From positions 1-23,464 of the forward strand of contig JAYPIC010000027.1 of NCBI GenBank assembly GCA_038127595.1: a stretch of 23,464 nucleotides of DNA. Direction: 5' to 3'. The notes beneath the pieces are model-generated. The model saw only the letters and a program-made list of their open reading frames with translations, was not told where the DNA came from and did not search any database. This stretch comes from a bacterium (GTDB taxonomy: Bacteria; Fidelibacterota; Marinisomatia; Marinisomatales; UBA1611). Positions 8,718 through 17,698 of this stretch are shown here, piece after piece (the first letter of the stretch is position 1; every line of letters starts with the position of its first letter). The position numbers and the translations under genes were made by a program.

Positions 8718-10849
8718 TATTTTATCCCCATCTCATAAAACATAAACGCCCATTTTTCTGCATACTCCTTAATCCTTTTATCAACAGAACGGCCGGCACC
8801 ATGTCCAGTACTTTCACCAATCCTAATCAATATAGGATCTTTTTTGCTTGATTGATGCTTCTGAAGTTTAGCTGCGTATTTATAGGAATGAGATGGTACT
8901 ACCCTATCATCATGGTCAGCTGTGTAAACTAGTACAGATGGGTAAGATTGTTCAACAATATTATGTAGAGGGGAATATGATAATAAATTCTTAAAATCTT
9001 TTTCATTTTTCACACTACCATATTCTACAGCCCATGCCCATCCTATTGTAAATTCTTCATATCTAAGCATATCCATGACTCCAACTTCAGGAAAAGCAAC
9101 CCTGAATAAGTTGGGTTTTTGATTAATAACAGCACCAACTAATGTACCTCCATTTGAACCACCCCTAATAGCCAATCTATCCGATGATGTATAACCTTCT
9201 ATTATCAAATATTCTCCTGCTGAAATAAAATCGTCAAAAACATTTTGCTTATTTTGTAGCATCCCAGCCTCATGCCACTCTTGACCGTACTCACCACCTC
9301 CTCTTGTGCATGCAACTGCATATACGCCGCCTTTCTCAAGTAAAACAGGGATAGTCTTATTAAAATAGGGCTTTTGAGATATGTTAAAACCCCCATATCC
9401 ATATAAAAGAGTAGGTGCTAAGCCATCCAATACTAGATCTTTACTATGAGCAATAAATATAGGTACCCTTGTACCATCTTTTGATTCATAAAAATCCCTT
9501 TTCATTACATACTTATTTTTATCAAATTTAGCTTTTGAGCTATAGTATTCTTTAGATGAATAACTACTAAAATCATACATATATACTGTAGGCGGGTGGA
9601 CTAAAGATTCAAAATTATACCATGATACTGATTGGTTATTGTTACCACCAAAACCGTAAGAGACTCCGAGACCCGGCAGTTCAACGTCCTTTATAAACTT
9701 CCCATTTAAATCATGTATTTTGTAGGTTGAAATGACATCTTCCATAAAGTGAGTTATGATATTGCCATTAATTACATTAGCCATGGTCAAGGGGAAATCT
9801 TTTTCTGGAACAATTGTTTTCCATTTTTTTTCAGTAGGAAATTTTGGATCTATCAAAACAATTTTTTTATTTGGTGCGCCTCTGTCCGTCATAACTAATA
9901 AAGAACCGTTAACTTCATCTATTACTGATACTTCAGATGTAAAATCACTAACAATAGTTATGAACTTCTCATCCTTTTTATTTAAATCCTTTATAAGTAG
10001 AGAATTACCGTACGTTCCTTTTGTTCTGTAGATGAGTAAATATCTTCCATCAGAAGTGGTGGAGGCATAATTACTTATTTTAGGGTTTTTTAGGTCAGAA
10101 TAAATTAACCTGTCTTCACTTTGCTTAGTACCAAGTTTGTGATAAAAGATCTGACTTCCCTCATTACTTTGAGAGTACTCTTTACCTTTAATCGGCTTTG
10201 GGAAAGTACTATAATAAAAACCATCCTCTACCCATGACATCCCACTAAACTTTATCCATTTCAGGTTATCATTTAAAACATTATTATTTTTAAGATCCTT
10301 GATATGGAATTCCTTCCAATCAGACCCTGAATTAGATGTCGCATAACCTAAATACCTATTATCATTTGAAAAATAGATGCCAGACAAAGATATAGTGCCG
10401 TCTTTTGAAAAAGTATTTGGATCAATAACAATAGAAGCCAATGAATCAGGAGTATCAACATTATCCTTAACATAAAGGATAGACTGGTTTTGAAGCCCTG
10501 TATTTTTATAAAAATATATCCTATCACCTTTTATAAAAGGTAAACTTTGAGTGGGATAATCCCATAATTCTTTTAAACGCTTTTCTATTTTTTTTCTAAA
10601 AGGAATTCTTCTAAAATAACTATCCGTGAATGAGTTTTGTTTTTGAATCCAAGCTTTGGTCTTTTGTGAATTCTCATCCTCAAGCCATTGATACTCATCC
10701 ATTATTTCTGCTCCATGGTAAACGTTAGTATAATATTTTGAGGATTCAGTTCTGGGATAATTTACTGGAGTTGGTGCATAACGATGTAAAAAGTATATAA
10801 CTACTGCTAAAAATACTAACCTAAAGTATGTGTTTCGAAAAAAAAACAT
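8714..10849 (-). CDS. Prolyl oligopeptidase (S9A serine peptidase), N-terminally anchored/exported
   Basis: Catalytic GGSNGG (Ser), DHDDRV (Asp) and GHG (His), with LYGYGGFNIS and RGGGEYG, an N-terminal beta-propeller region and a hydrophobic leader. Confidence 0.95.
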   Translation of the reverse strand: MFFFRNTYFRLVFLAVVIYFLHRYAPTPVNYPRTESSKYYTNVYHGAEIMDEYQWLEDENSQKTKAWIQKQNSFTDSYFRRIPFRKKIEKRLKELWDYPTQSLPFIKGDRIYFYKNTGLQNQSILYVKDNVDTPDSLASIVIDPNTFSKDGTISLSGIYFSNDNRYLGYATSNSGSDWKEFHIKDLKNNNVLNDNLKWIKFSGMSWVEDGFYYSTFPKPIKGKEYSQSNEGSQIFYHKLGTKQSEDRLIYSDLKNPKISNYASTTSDGRYLLIYRTKGTYGNSLLIKDLNKKDEKFITIVSDFTSEVSVIDEVNGSLLVMTDRGAPNKKIVLIDPKFPTEKKWKTIVPEKDFPLTMANVINGNIITHFMEDVISTYKIHDLNGKFIKDVELPGLGVSYGFGGNNNQSVSWYNFESLVHPPTVYMYDFSSYSSKEYYSSKAKFDKNKYVMKRDFYESKDGTRVPIFIAHSKDLVLDGLAPTLLYGYGGFNISQKPYFNKTIPVLLEKGGVYAVACTRGGGEYGQEWHEAGMLQNKQNVFDDFISAGEYLIIEGYTSSDRLAIRGGSNGGTLVGAVINQKPNLFRVAFPEVGVMDMLRYEEFTIGWAWAVEYGSVKNEKDFKNLLSYSPLHNIVEQSYPSVLVYTADHDDRVVPSHSYKYAAKLQKHQSSKKDPILIRIGESTGHGAGRSVDKRIKEYAEKWAFMFYEMGIKY

Positions 10850-10852
10850 CTT

Positions 10853-12208
10853 CTATCTTGGTAACCTTTGTTCGATATCTGCTACAACGTAAGCCATTAT
10901 CGCCATTGCAGCAATACAGTCATTAAATTCGCCGTAGTCAACTTTATCGAATGTATCAGCGCTTGTGTGATGGTACCAAAAATATTTACTATTATCAACG
11001 TTTAAGGACATAACGGGAACGCCTTCATCATTTAGAATTGCAATGTCAGGAGCCCTACCCCAATTTGTTATTTTACCAGCGCCAATTGGATCTAAAAGAT
11101 CAGCTATATCATAAACAACTTTTCTTGCTTCTTTATTTCCGGTAAATCCAAAACCTTGGGGAGCGAAAACTCCACCATCCGACTCTATAGCTAGAATATG
11201 ATTTTCTAGCTCATTAAGATGTTCATTTCTATAATTTCTACTACCTCTACTACCATTTTCCTCATTTGTCCATAGCACCACTCTTAACGTTCTTCTAGGC
11301 CTTAGCCCAAGTTCTTTGATCAATGTAACTGCTCTCCAAGCGGCTATACATCCTCCGGCATCATCATGAGCTCCTTGCCCTACATCCCATGAATCCATGT
11401 GTCCACCAATTACCACTATTTCTTCTGGATGCGTTGACCCTTTGAGCTCTGCTATGATGTTTCTTGACCACCTATCTTCTACAAATTTTGCATCCATGTT
11501 TAACTTTAATACTACTCTTTTTCCTCTTTTAGATATTCTTGAGATCATCATTGCATCCTCAGAGGTTATAGCAGCATGTGGTATTTTTTTTGCTGTCTTG
11601 TATTCACCCATTGTACCGGTATGAGGAGTATCCATTGACCATGTACCAACAGATCTAATTAAGCTAGCAATAGCACCATATTTTGCAGCCCTAATTGGAC
11701 CATCATATCTATATTTTACTGTTTCTCCGTATGTTGTAAATGGGACATTATATAATACAATCTTTCCCCTTACATTTTTCTTATTTCTTTCTAGGTCATC
11801 AAAACTATCTACAACCACAACCTCACCTCTTACACCGGCCTTATTAGTTGATACGCTTCCTCCTATTCCTAGCACTCTTAAATCGCGCTCAAAAGGCACA
11901 AGAATCTTTAACGATTCCTCTCCCCTTATCCATGTTGGGACTTTTACTCTCTCACCTTTGACATTTGTTAAACCATCTTTTTTCATTTCACTGATAGCCC
12001 AGTCAATAGCACGCTCAAGGTTTCTAGAACCACTCAACCTAGGACCAAACATATCACACAAATACCCTAATCTATTATAGCCAATACTATCTCCTTCTAA
12101 AGCGCTTATAATTTTATTAGCTGTTTGTTCGTATGTCGATTGTATTTCTTGCGCGAATATTGATGATATTAATAAAATGGATATAAATATTATTTTTAAT
12201 CTACTCAT
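10853..12208 (-). CDS. M28 metallopeptidase, carboxypeptidase Q-like, with PA domain, secreted
   Basis: Zn-ligand motifs GGHMDSWD, GAHDDAGG, NEENG, ESD and YHHT; CDMFGPRLSGS; signal peptide. Start set at ATG 12208 (MSRLK) rather than TTG 12223. Confidence 0.9.
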   Translation of the reverse strand: MSRLKIIFISILLISSIFAQEIQSTYEQTANKIISALEGDSIGYNRLGYLCDMFGPRLSGSRNLERAIDWAISEMKKDGLTNVKGERVKVPTWIRGEESLKILVPFERDLRVLGIGGSVSTNKAGVRGEVVVVDSFDDLERNKKNVRGKIVLYNVPFTTYGETVKYRYDGPIRAAKYGAIASLIRSVGTWSMDTPHTGTMGEYKTAKKIPHAAITSEDAMMISRISKRGKRVVLKLNMDAKFVEDRWSRNIIAELKGSTHPEEIVVIGGHMDSWDVGQGAHDDAGGCIAAWRAVTLIKELGLRPRRTLRVVLWTNEENGSRGSRNYRNEHLNELENHILAIESDGGVFAPQGFGFTGNKEARKVVYDIADLLDPIGAGKITNWGRAPDIAILNDEGVPVMSLNVDNSKYFWYHHTSADTFDKVDYGEFNDCIAAMAIMAYVVADIEQRLPR

Positions 12209-12215
12209 TTGGTAA

Positions 12216-12872
12216 TTACTCAATTAGAAAGTTAAAATAAGTATCAGGAAAAGTTTCATTGTGTAGGGTAAAATGCCACCATTCCTCTTTTAAAGGTTTG
12301 AACCCAAATTTCTTCATTACAGATTGTAATAAAAGTCTATTCTGTTTTTGTAAGTCTGTAACTCCATCATAATCAATCCAAGACTCTTTACCAAAAAAAT
12401 CATAAATGGTACCCATATCGAGTTCAATCCCAGTTTTTTTATCAATGATAGTCAAATCTATTGTACTTCCTCTAGAGTGCCCTGATTTTGATGCTATATA
12501 CCCTTCTTTGAATAGATTTCTCTTCTTCACAACAGGGTAATGTATTTTTTTCATCTTACGATCATTATTACGAGCCCATTTTACAAAATGGTCCACAGAC
12601 CTTTGAGGCCTGTATGCATCAAAGATCTTAATTCCATAGCCAAAGTGTGCTAGATCAGCTTGTACATGCTTTAGAGCTAATGCTGCATCCTTAGTAATAA
12701 AGCACCTATTAGCATTATACCCATTGATCTTTTTTCCGATGAAATTATTAGAACTGTAATACTTTAACTCAACAACTATGGATGAATCAATAGATCTAAT
12801 ATCTACAAATTCCTCTGGCCTCTGTGCGGTGATAGGATCATGGAAAAGTAATGCAGATAATAAAATAACCAA
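12216..12872 (-). CDS. D-alanyl-D-alanine dipeptidase (M15D, VanX/DdpX family), with signal-like N-terminus
   Basis: Motifs DAYRP, SGHSRGSTIDLT, DMGTIYDFF and EEWWHF. Start codon uncertain (TTG 12872). Confidence 0.92.
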   Translation of the reverse strand: MVILLSALLFHDPITAQRPEEFVDIRSIDSSIVVELKYYSSNNFIGKKINGYNANRCFITKDAALALKHVQADLAHFGYGIKIFDAYRPQRSVDHFVKWARNNDRKMKKIHYPVVKKRNLFKEGYIASKSGHSRGSTIDLTIIDKKTGIELDMGTIYDFFGKESWIDYDGVTDLQKQNRLLLQSVMKKFGFKPLKEEWWHFTLHNETFPDTYFNFLIE

Positions 12873-12889
12873 TACTAGTTTTAAAATAC

Positions 12890-14503
12890 CTATAATTCCT
12901 CTATTACTCTAAAGCCAATATTATCATCCCAGTAATTTATCTTACTTACTACCTCATCAGATATTCTACAACCAACTCCACTATTTGCCCATGAGCCACC
13001 CTTTAAAATAATCATGCTATCATTCGTAGCTAGGCAAAATTCATATACATTACCAGACATATCATATAATCCAAGCTCGTTAGGGTCTTTTAGACCAACA
13101 GGCTCAGTTTTTCCTTTAGTATTGTATTTACACCAGGCAACAGTCTCCAAAATATTTCCACCACTATATGAATTGTCATCACCACCTTTTACACCCCCAC
13201 GAGCTGCATACTCCCATTCGTTAATTTTTGGAAGCCTAATTGTTTTTCCAGTTAACTCACCTAACCATAAACAATAATCCAAAGCATCTTGGTAAGAAAT
13301 ATTTATAACAGGCCGGTTTCCCCTACCCCATTCGCTGTCATCTGGAGTTTCTTTGCCTTTTGCTAGGCAAAAGGAATCAAACTGTTCAAAAGTAATTTCT
13401 TGTTTACTAATTTTAAAACTATCTGCAGTTAAATAAGTTGGCTTAGGTGGCGGAATAACAGTCTCATCTAACATTTCTATTGAGCCTCCATCAATCATAA
13501 CAAATTCAGGAACAAAATATCCAGAAATTTTAATTATGTTATTTGAAAAGAAAAGTTGGCTTTGATGTTGATTAAAAATTTCACCATTATCAAAAATAAA
13601 AGAATTAGAAACAATTATTTTATCACTTGAATCAATAGCCAATCCATATAGCCCATCTTTTAACGTTGTTGCTTCTAATGAAATATTTTTTGAATTTGTT
13701 GCGCCTATACAAATATTTCCATTTGCTTCTAAAATTGAATTCTTAATAACAATGTCAGATGAATTTACGACTTTAATAATATTACCTAATTCAAGCTCAT
13801 TAAATGGCTCTAAATAGCCTTTTGTGTGCCGAAGCTTACCATCATATTTAAAAATTGAATTTTCACCGATTTCCTGCCTGGCTACAGCCAATGCCTTAGA
13901 ATAATCTACAGCTTGAGCTGTTGATATAATTTCAATATTTCTATCTTCAGATTCTAAGTATCCAACCGTTATATTTCTAATTTGAATATTTGTTGATTCA
14001 TAAATGTAGAAAATATTGGCGCTATTTGTCATAAGCCTTATTTCAGAATTATCAGAGCCCATAATTGTTACATTAGCTTTGTAATTAATAGATACTCCGG
14101 TAGTACTATCAACATTAAAATCAGGGTAAATATAATGAATACCAGGTGGAATGATTACAGTATCTCCATTTCGTGCGTTATTGATTAGTTCTTGTATAAA
14201 GGATTTCGGAAAAAGTTTTATCTTCATATTAGATGAAGGTATAAATTTATTTTTCTGAAAACCTTTCAATGTCACAATTATAGTATCATCAGGAAATATC
14301 TTACCAAGATCAAATTCACCAAATCTATTTGTCACAGCGCTTTTATTTTGATTTTTTAATGTAATAAGAGCATCTGAAAGTAGCTGCCCGTCCATGTTTT
14401 CTATTGTACCAAAAACAGAAATTTTATTTACAGCATATGCATTAGAGATGCACAACAAAAAATAAAATAAGGATGAGAAAAATATTTTAATTTTAAGTGA
14501 CAT
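12890..14503 (-). CDS. Secreted multidomain protein: carboxypeptidase-regulatory-like domain, beta-helix region, C-terminal FGE-sulfatase (SUMF1/PvdO-like) domain
   Basis: N-terminal VFGTIEN...AVTNRFGEF; beta-helix entry IQELINNARNGDTVIIPPGIH; C-terminal RPVINISYQDA, RLPKINEWEYAARGG, PNELGLYDMSGNVYE, GGSW and NIGFRV. Confidence 0.8.
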   Translation of the reverse strand: MSLKIKIFFSSLFYFLLCISNAYAVNKISVFGTIENMDGQLLSDALITLKNQNKSAVTNRFGEFDLGKIFPDDTIIVTLKGFQKNKFIPSSNMKIKLFPKSFIQELINNARNGDTVIIPPGIHYIYPDFNVDSTTGVSINYKANVTIMGSDNSEIRLMTNSANIFYIYESTNIQIRNITVGYLESEDRNIEIISTAQAVDYSKALAVARQEIGENSIFKYDGKLRHTKGYLEPFNELELGNIIKVVNSSDIVIKNSILEANGNICIGATNSKNISLEATTLKDGLYGLAIDSSDKIIVSNSFIFDNGEIFNQHQSQLFFSNNIIKISGYFVPEFVMIDGGSIEMLDETVIPPPKPTYLTADSFKISKQEITFEQFDSFCLAKGKETPDDSEWGRGNRPVINISYQDALDYCLWLGELTGKTIRLPKINEWEYAARGGVKGGDDNSYSGGNILETVAWCKYNTKGKTEPVGLKDPNELGLYDMSGNVYEFCLATNDSMIILKGGSWANSGVGCRISDEVVSKINYWDDNIGFRVIEEL

Positions 14504-14569
14504 ATTATAAGAATATACATCAATTTATTAAAACAAGCTCTATTAGGAGCTAGGACATGATCGGGAAAG

Positions 14570-15202
14570 TTAAGTTGCTATGTAATAGGCAAGAACTATA
14601 GGTAAGTAAATGTAATAGATCTTTGCTTTTGAAAATAAATTAAAATTTTTGAAAGAAAATTTATTATTGTTTACTCTTTCAAATAGTTTTTTTTGCGTAT
14701 ACATCATATGTAAAAGTTCTGACTTTTCATCTTCTAATTGTTTAGCAAATTTTCTATCACTCTCCAGCTTTTTAAACAGCAGGGTTTCAAGGCCAAACTT
14801 TTCAATACTTAAAGAACTAGATAAATTAGTCCCAAGTGATTCTCTTTTCATAACTGTCTCGGTCTTAACAATCTTATCATTATCCTCATTAGAGACAATT
14901 TCCGCAGGTAGTTCAGCGTAATCTTCCAAAACTGCTTTCTCTAATTTTTCTACTACAGCAGCTGGTGCTGTCTCTGGTTTTACTTCAGATTTAACGATTT
15001 CAACGACTTTTTTTGTTTTAGTGTCTAACTCTTCATCCGTTAACCACATCTGATGACCTTCAGAACAACGAAATAAAGATAAGGTTTCTTTGTTAACAAC
15101 CTCAGATACACCTAAAGATTTCATCGCCTTACCATCAAAAACGCAGGACTGAGCCAAACTATAGGTATTTAAAACAATCGCAGCAATGACTACAACTTTC
15201 AC
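14570..15202 (-). CDS. Hypothetical exported protein with Cys/His N-terminal knuckle, coiled coil and C-terminal TM anchor
   Basis: 210-aa ORF with GTG start, signal-like N-terminus, CVFDG...FRCSEGHQMW, and a hydrophobic C-terminus IYYIYLPIVLAYYIAT. Confidence 0.7.
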   Translation of the reverse strand: MKVVVIAAIVLNTYSLAQSCVFDGKAMKSLGVSEVVNKETLSLFRCSEGHQMWLTDEELDTKTKKVVEIVKSEVKPETAPAAVVEKLEKAVLEDYAELPAEIVSNEDNDKIVKTETVMKRESLGTNLSSSLSIEKFGLETLLFKKLESDRKFAKQLEDEKSELLHMMYTQKKLFERVNNNKFSFKNFNLFSKAKIYYIYLPIVLAYYIAT

Positions 15203-15392
15203 TATAATACATCCAATCTGTAATCTTATTTACTCACCACAATTACAAAAATGTAAATGAGTAAAATTATATAATATTAATTAATAACAAACAAACGTCG
15301 TTATTTATAAAAAAAGCACAAACAAATGTAATTAAAATGCACATTCACCAACAATATTAAATTGCATTTTTTCTTAAAATTAATTCTAAAAT

Positions 15393-15426
15393 AAAAAAGC
15401 CTTGTTTAGAATCTTCTAAGCAAGGC
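15393..15426 (-). terminator. Rho-independent terminator after tRNA-Gly
   Basis: Minus-strand RNA GCCUUG-C-UUAGA-agau-UCUAA-A-CAAGGC followed by UUUUUU, starting about 10 nt past the tRNA 3' end. Confidence 0.85.
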
Positions 15427-15436
15427 CTGTTTTATG

Positions 15437-15509
<73 letters not shown>

Positions 15510-15531
15510 AATATTCAAATTTACATACTAC

Positions 15532-15975
15532 TTATTTATCAGACAATTCAGTTTTTGGAAAAAACTCAAGAAATTTTTCTTTTCGAACGTAAACAAAATA
15601 AGAAAATAATATAAAAATGAAATTTTCTATTAATTTTTCAAAACCAACTAATTGCCCCTCTTTTAGTCCACATCCACAATCTATATTAAAACCGCGGGCC
15701 ATGGCTTGAGCTATCATAATATTAAAAGTAATAAGCAAAACTGAGCTAATTATGATTGAACCATCAACCATAACGCCTATTATTAGCCCAGTGCCAATAA
15801 AAAACTCTAACCAAGGTAGAATCAAAGCAATAGTGTTTTCTAGCCCTAAAGGCACAATATGGTAATTTGAAATATCCCTTGCAAACTTGGCTGGGTCAAT
15901 GATTTTATCAAAACTTGCCCATAAAAAAATGGCACCTACAACAATTCGAAAAAATAAGGTTAAATATTTATTCAT
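15532..15975 (-). CDS. MauE/DoxX-family redox-associated membrane protein
   Basis: RIVVGAIFLWASFDKIIDP, LPWLEFFIGTGLIIG and the family motif RGFNIDCGCG; about 4 TMs. Confidence 0.88.
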   Translation of the reverse strand: MNKYLTLFFRIVVGAIFLWASFDKIIDPAKFARDISNYHIVPLGLENTIALILPWLEFFIGTGLIIGVMVDGSIIISSVLLITFNIMIAQAMARGFNIDCGCGLKEGQLVGFEKLIENFIFILFSYFVYVRKEKFLEFFPKTELSDK

Positions 15976-15981
15976 AAAATG

Positions 15982-16470
15982 TTAGTAATACTTTGCAGGT
16001 AGGTTATTTTCAATCCATTGCTTCCAACCGCCCTTAAATAAGTATATAGACTCAAAACCCTGTTCATACAATTGATAACTGAGTTCTTCGCTTGAACCAC
16101 AATCATCATCACTACAATATACCACGAAGGCCTTTTCTAAATTATCAAAACTATATATTTTATCAATTAGCTCGTCAAGTTCATCACTACATATAGCACC
16201 AGGTATGTGCCCATCGTTAAAATATTCCTCAGCTCTTGCATCTATAAATAGAGTTCCTTGCTCATAGAGACCTTTCGCAATCTCAATATCAATCTCTACT
16301 ATTCCAGAAGGTTCATTAGAATTAGCAAGTTCATCAATATTATCTATTTTTTTTAAATCTTTAGCTATCATACTTACAGGATTAGGTCTAATAACATTAA
16401 GGGCCAAACTAATTATAACTGAGATGGTTATTAACGCATATACTTGATACTTTGGACTATTAAAATTCAT
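15982..16470 (-). CDS. Membrane-anchored rhodanese-like domain protein
   Basis: N-terminal TM, FIDARAEEYFNDGHIPGAI, active-site loop VVYCSDDDCGSS, and C-terminal FKGGWKQW. Confidence 0.9.
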   Translation of the reverse strand: MNFNSPKYQVYALITISVIISLALNVIRPNPVSMIAKDLKKIDNIDELANSNEPSGIVEIDIEIAKGLYEQGTLFIDARAEEYFNDGHIPGAICSDELDELIDKIYSFDNLEKAFVVYCSDDDCGSSEELSYQLYEQGFESIYLFKGGWKQWIENNLPAKYY

Positions 16471-16501
16471 TATTAAAATTTCAAAAAGTTAGATCGATCA
16501 G

Positions 16502-17689
16502 TTATTTTTTTCCGTGCTTTTTTGAATGGTTGTGATTGTGGTGAGAATTTTTATTATCAGATTTTTTTGATTTATCTAGTTTTGCACATTTATCTAAAGC
16601 ATTATCAACCATAGCAAGGAGTTCTGGATCATCTTTGATCTTTTTATTGAGAGCAAAGCTTGTAAATCTCATTTTATTTTTTGCTTTTTGTAAAATAGTT
16701 TCAGCAGTGCTTAGATCATTTCTGTAACGTTTTATTAAACTCAAAATATTATCCTGCCCAGCATAAATATCTTCCAATGCCTTAGTAGGATCTTTCTTCT
16801 GAAGCCTCTTCAAACGATTATTTAACTGCTTTATTTTTTGCTCCTGAGCAGAAACATCAGATATTGGGTCTGTGCTGTTATTAATATCAAGATCTACTAC
16901 AGTTAAATATTTCCCCTGCTTTCCATTGGAGTAGACATACGGTCCTTCGGGCTTTTGGGGCATTGAAGCGCTTGTCCTGTGTGTACTTCCGCTCGTAAAA
17001 ATAAAATCTGCTTTTGGAAAATTTTTTGCTAATGAAGATTGTGAACTACGATCAGTATTAACTAATAAAATAATTAAATCCACTTTACCTTTAATTTCAT
17101 TTATTAATCTATTCCCGGATATAATATAATCTTCAACACCTACGCTGGTCATTGTATCAGGAATCATATTTGACAGCCCTATAACCCCTAAATTCAATCC
17201 ATCTCTATTTAAGGTAACATATGGCTTAAATAATAATTCTCCAGAATCTCTATATTTGATATTGCCAGATATGAAGGGAATACTGGAGTACTTATTTTCC
17301 ATCTTTTTTAAAAATGAGATTCCAGCTAAGACTTCGTATTTACCGATGTTGAGAGCACTACACCCTATTTTCTCATAACCCTTTAACATTGTTTCACATC
17401 TAAACTTTTCTGAATTAATATTATTGACATTTATATTTGTTTTACTAAAAAACATATCACCAGCATCTAATATCAATGGATCATCGCCAGCTTTTCGCAT
17501 ATCTTCAATAGCAATGAATTTTCTAGACAGACCGCCCAGAGGATTCTTTTTTCATCCACACGGATCTAGTTGACCATGCACACTACCAGTAAGGACCATT
17601 TTTATTTTTGCCTCTTTACTAGGGTTTTCACATGAAGTATTGAAGACACTCATGAACGCAATCAATATATGTATATGTAAATATTTCAT
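16502..17689 (-). CDS. UshA-like (metallophosphoesterase-fold) selenoprotein, predicted lipoprotein, 395 aa with Sec46
   Basis: ATG 17689 is in frame with the track ORF (17500). It reads MKYLHIHILIAFMSVFNTSC-ENPSKEAKIKMVLTGSVHGQLDPCG[TGA 17554..17552]KKNPLGGLSRKFIAIEDMRKAGDDPLILDAGD. The extension restores a signal peptide/lipobox, the xHG motif and GGLSR. A SECIS-like hairpin follows the UGA. Confidence 0.9.
17516..17546 (-). promoter_or_regulatory. Bacterial SECIS element (selenocysteine insertion sequence)
   Basis: mRNA after the UGA: AAAAA-GAAU-CC-UCUGGGC-GGUCU-GUCUAGA-AA-AUUC. This gives a 7-bp upper stem (with 2 G-U pairs), a 4-bp lower stem and a GGUCU apical loop starting 19 nt after the UGA. 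Confidence 0.85.
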
Positions 17690-17698
17690 ACTCTAAAT

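Noticed and set aside
12216..12872. Vancomycin resistance locus
   Set aside because: This is a lone M15D dipeptidase without ligase, dehydrogenase or two-component regulators.
12890..13050. C-terminus of the FGE-type domain as a diversity-generating retroelement variable region
   Set aside because: No template repeat, reverse transcriptase or second near-identical copy was seen in the window.
12890..13500. Active formylglycine-generating enzyme or gliding proteins GldJ/GldK
   Set aside because: It lacks the paired catalytic Cys motif of true FGE (only GVGCR), and the architecture differs from GldJ/K lipoproteins.
15203..15436. Integrated element or att site at the tRNA-Gly 3' end
   Set aside because: No integrase and no duplicated tRNA 3' fragment were seen; the tRNA is directly followed by a terminator.
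16502..17500. Track ORF as a complete 332-aa 5'-nucleotidase, or the locus as a pseudogene
   Set aside because: The 332-aa form lacks the signal peptide and first motif. The only lesion is a TGA in a C-x-U context followed by a SECIS-like hairpin, so recoding explains it better.
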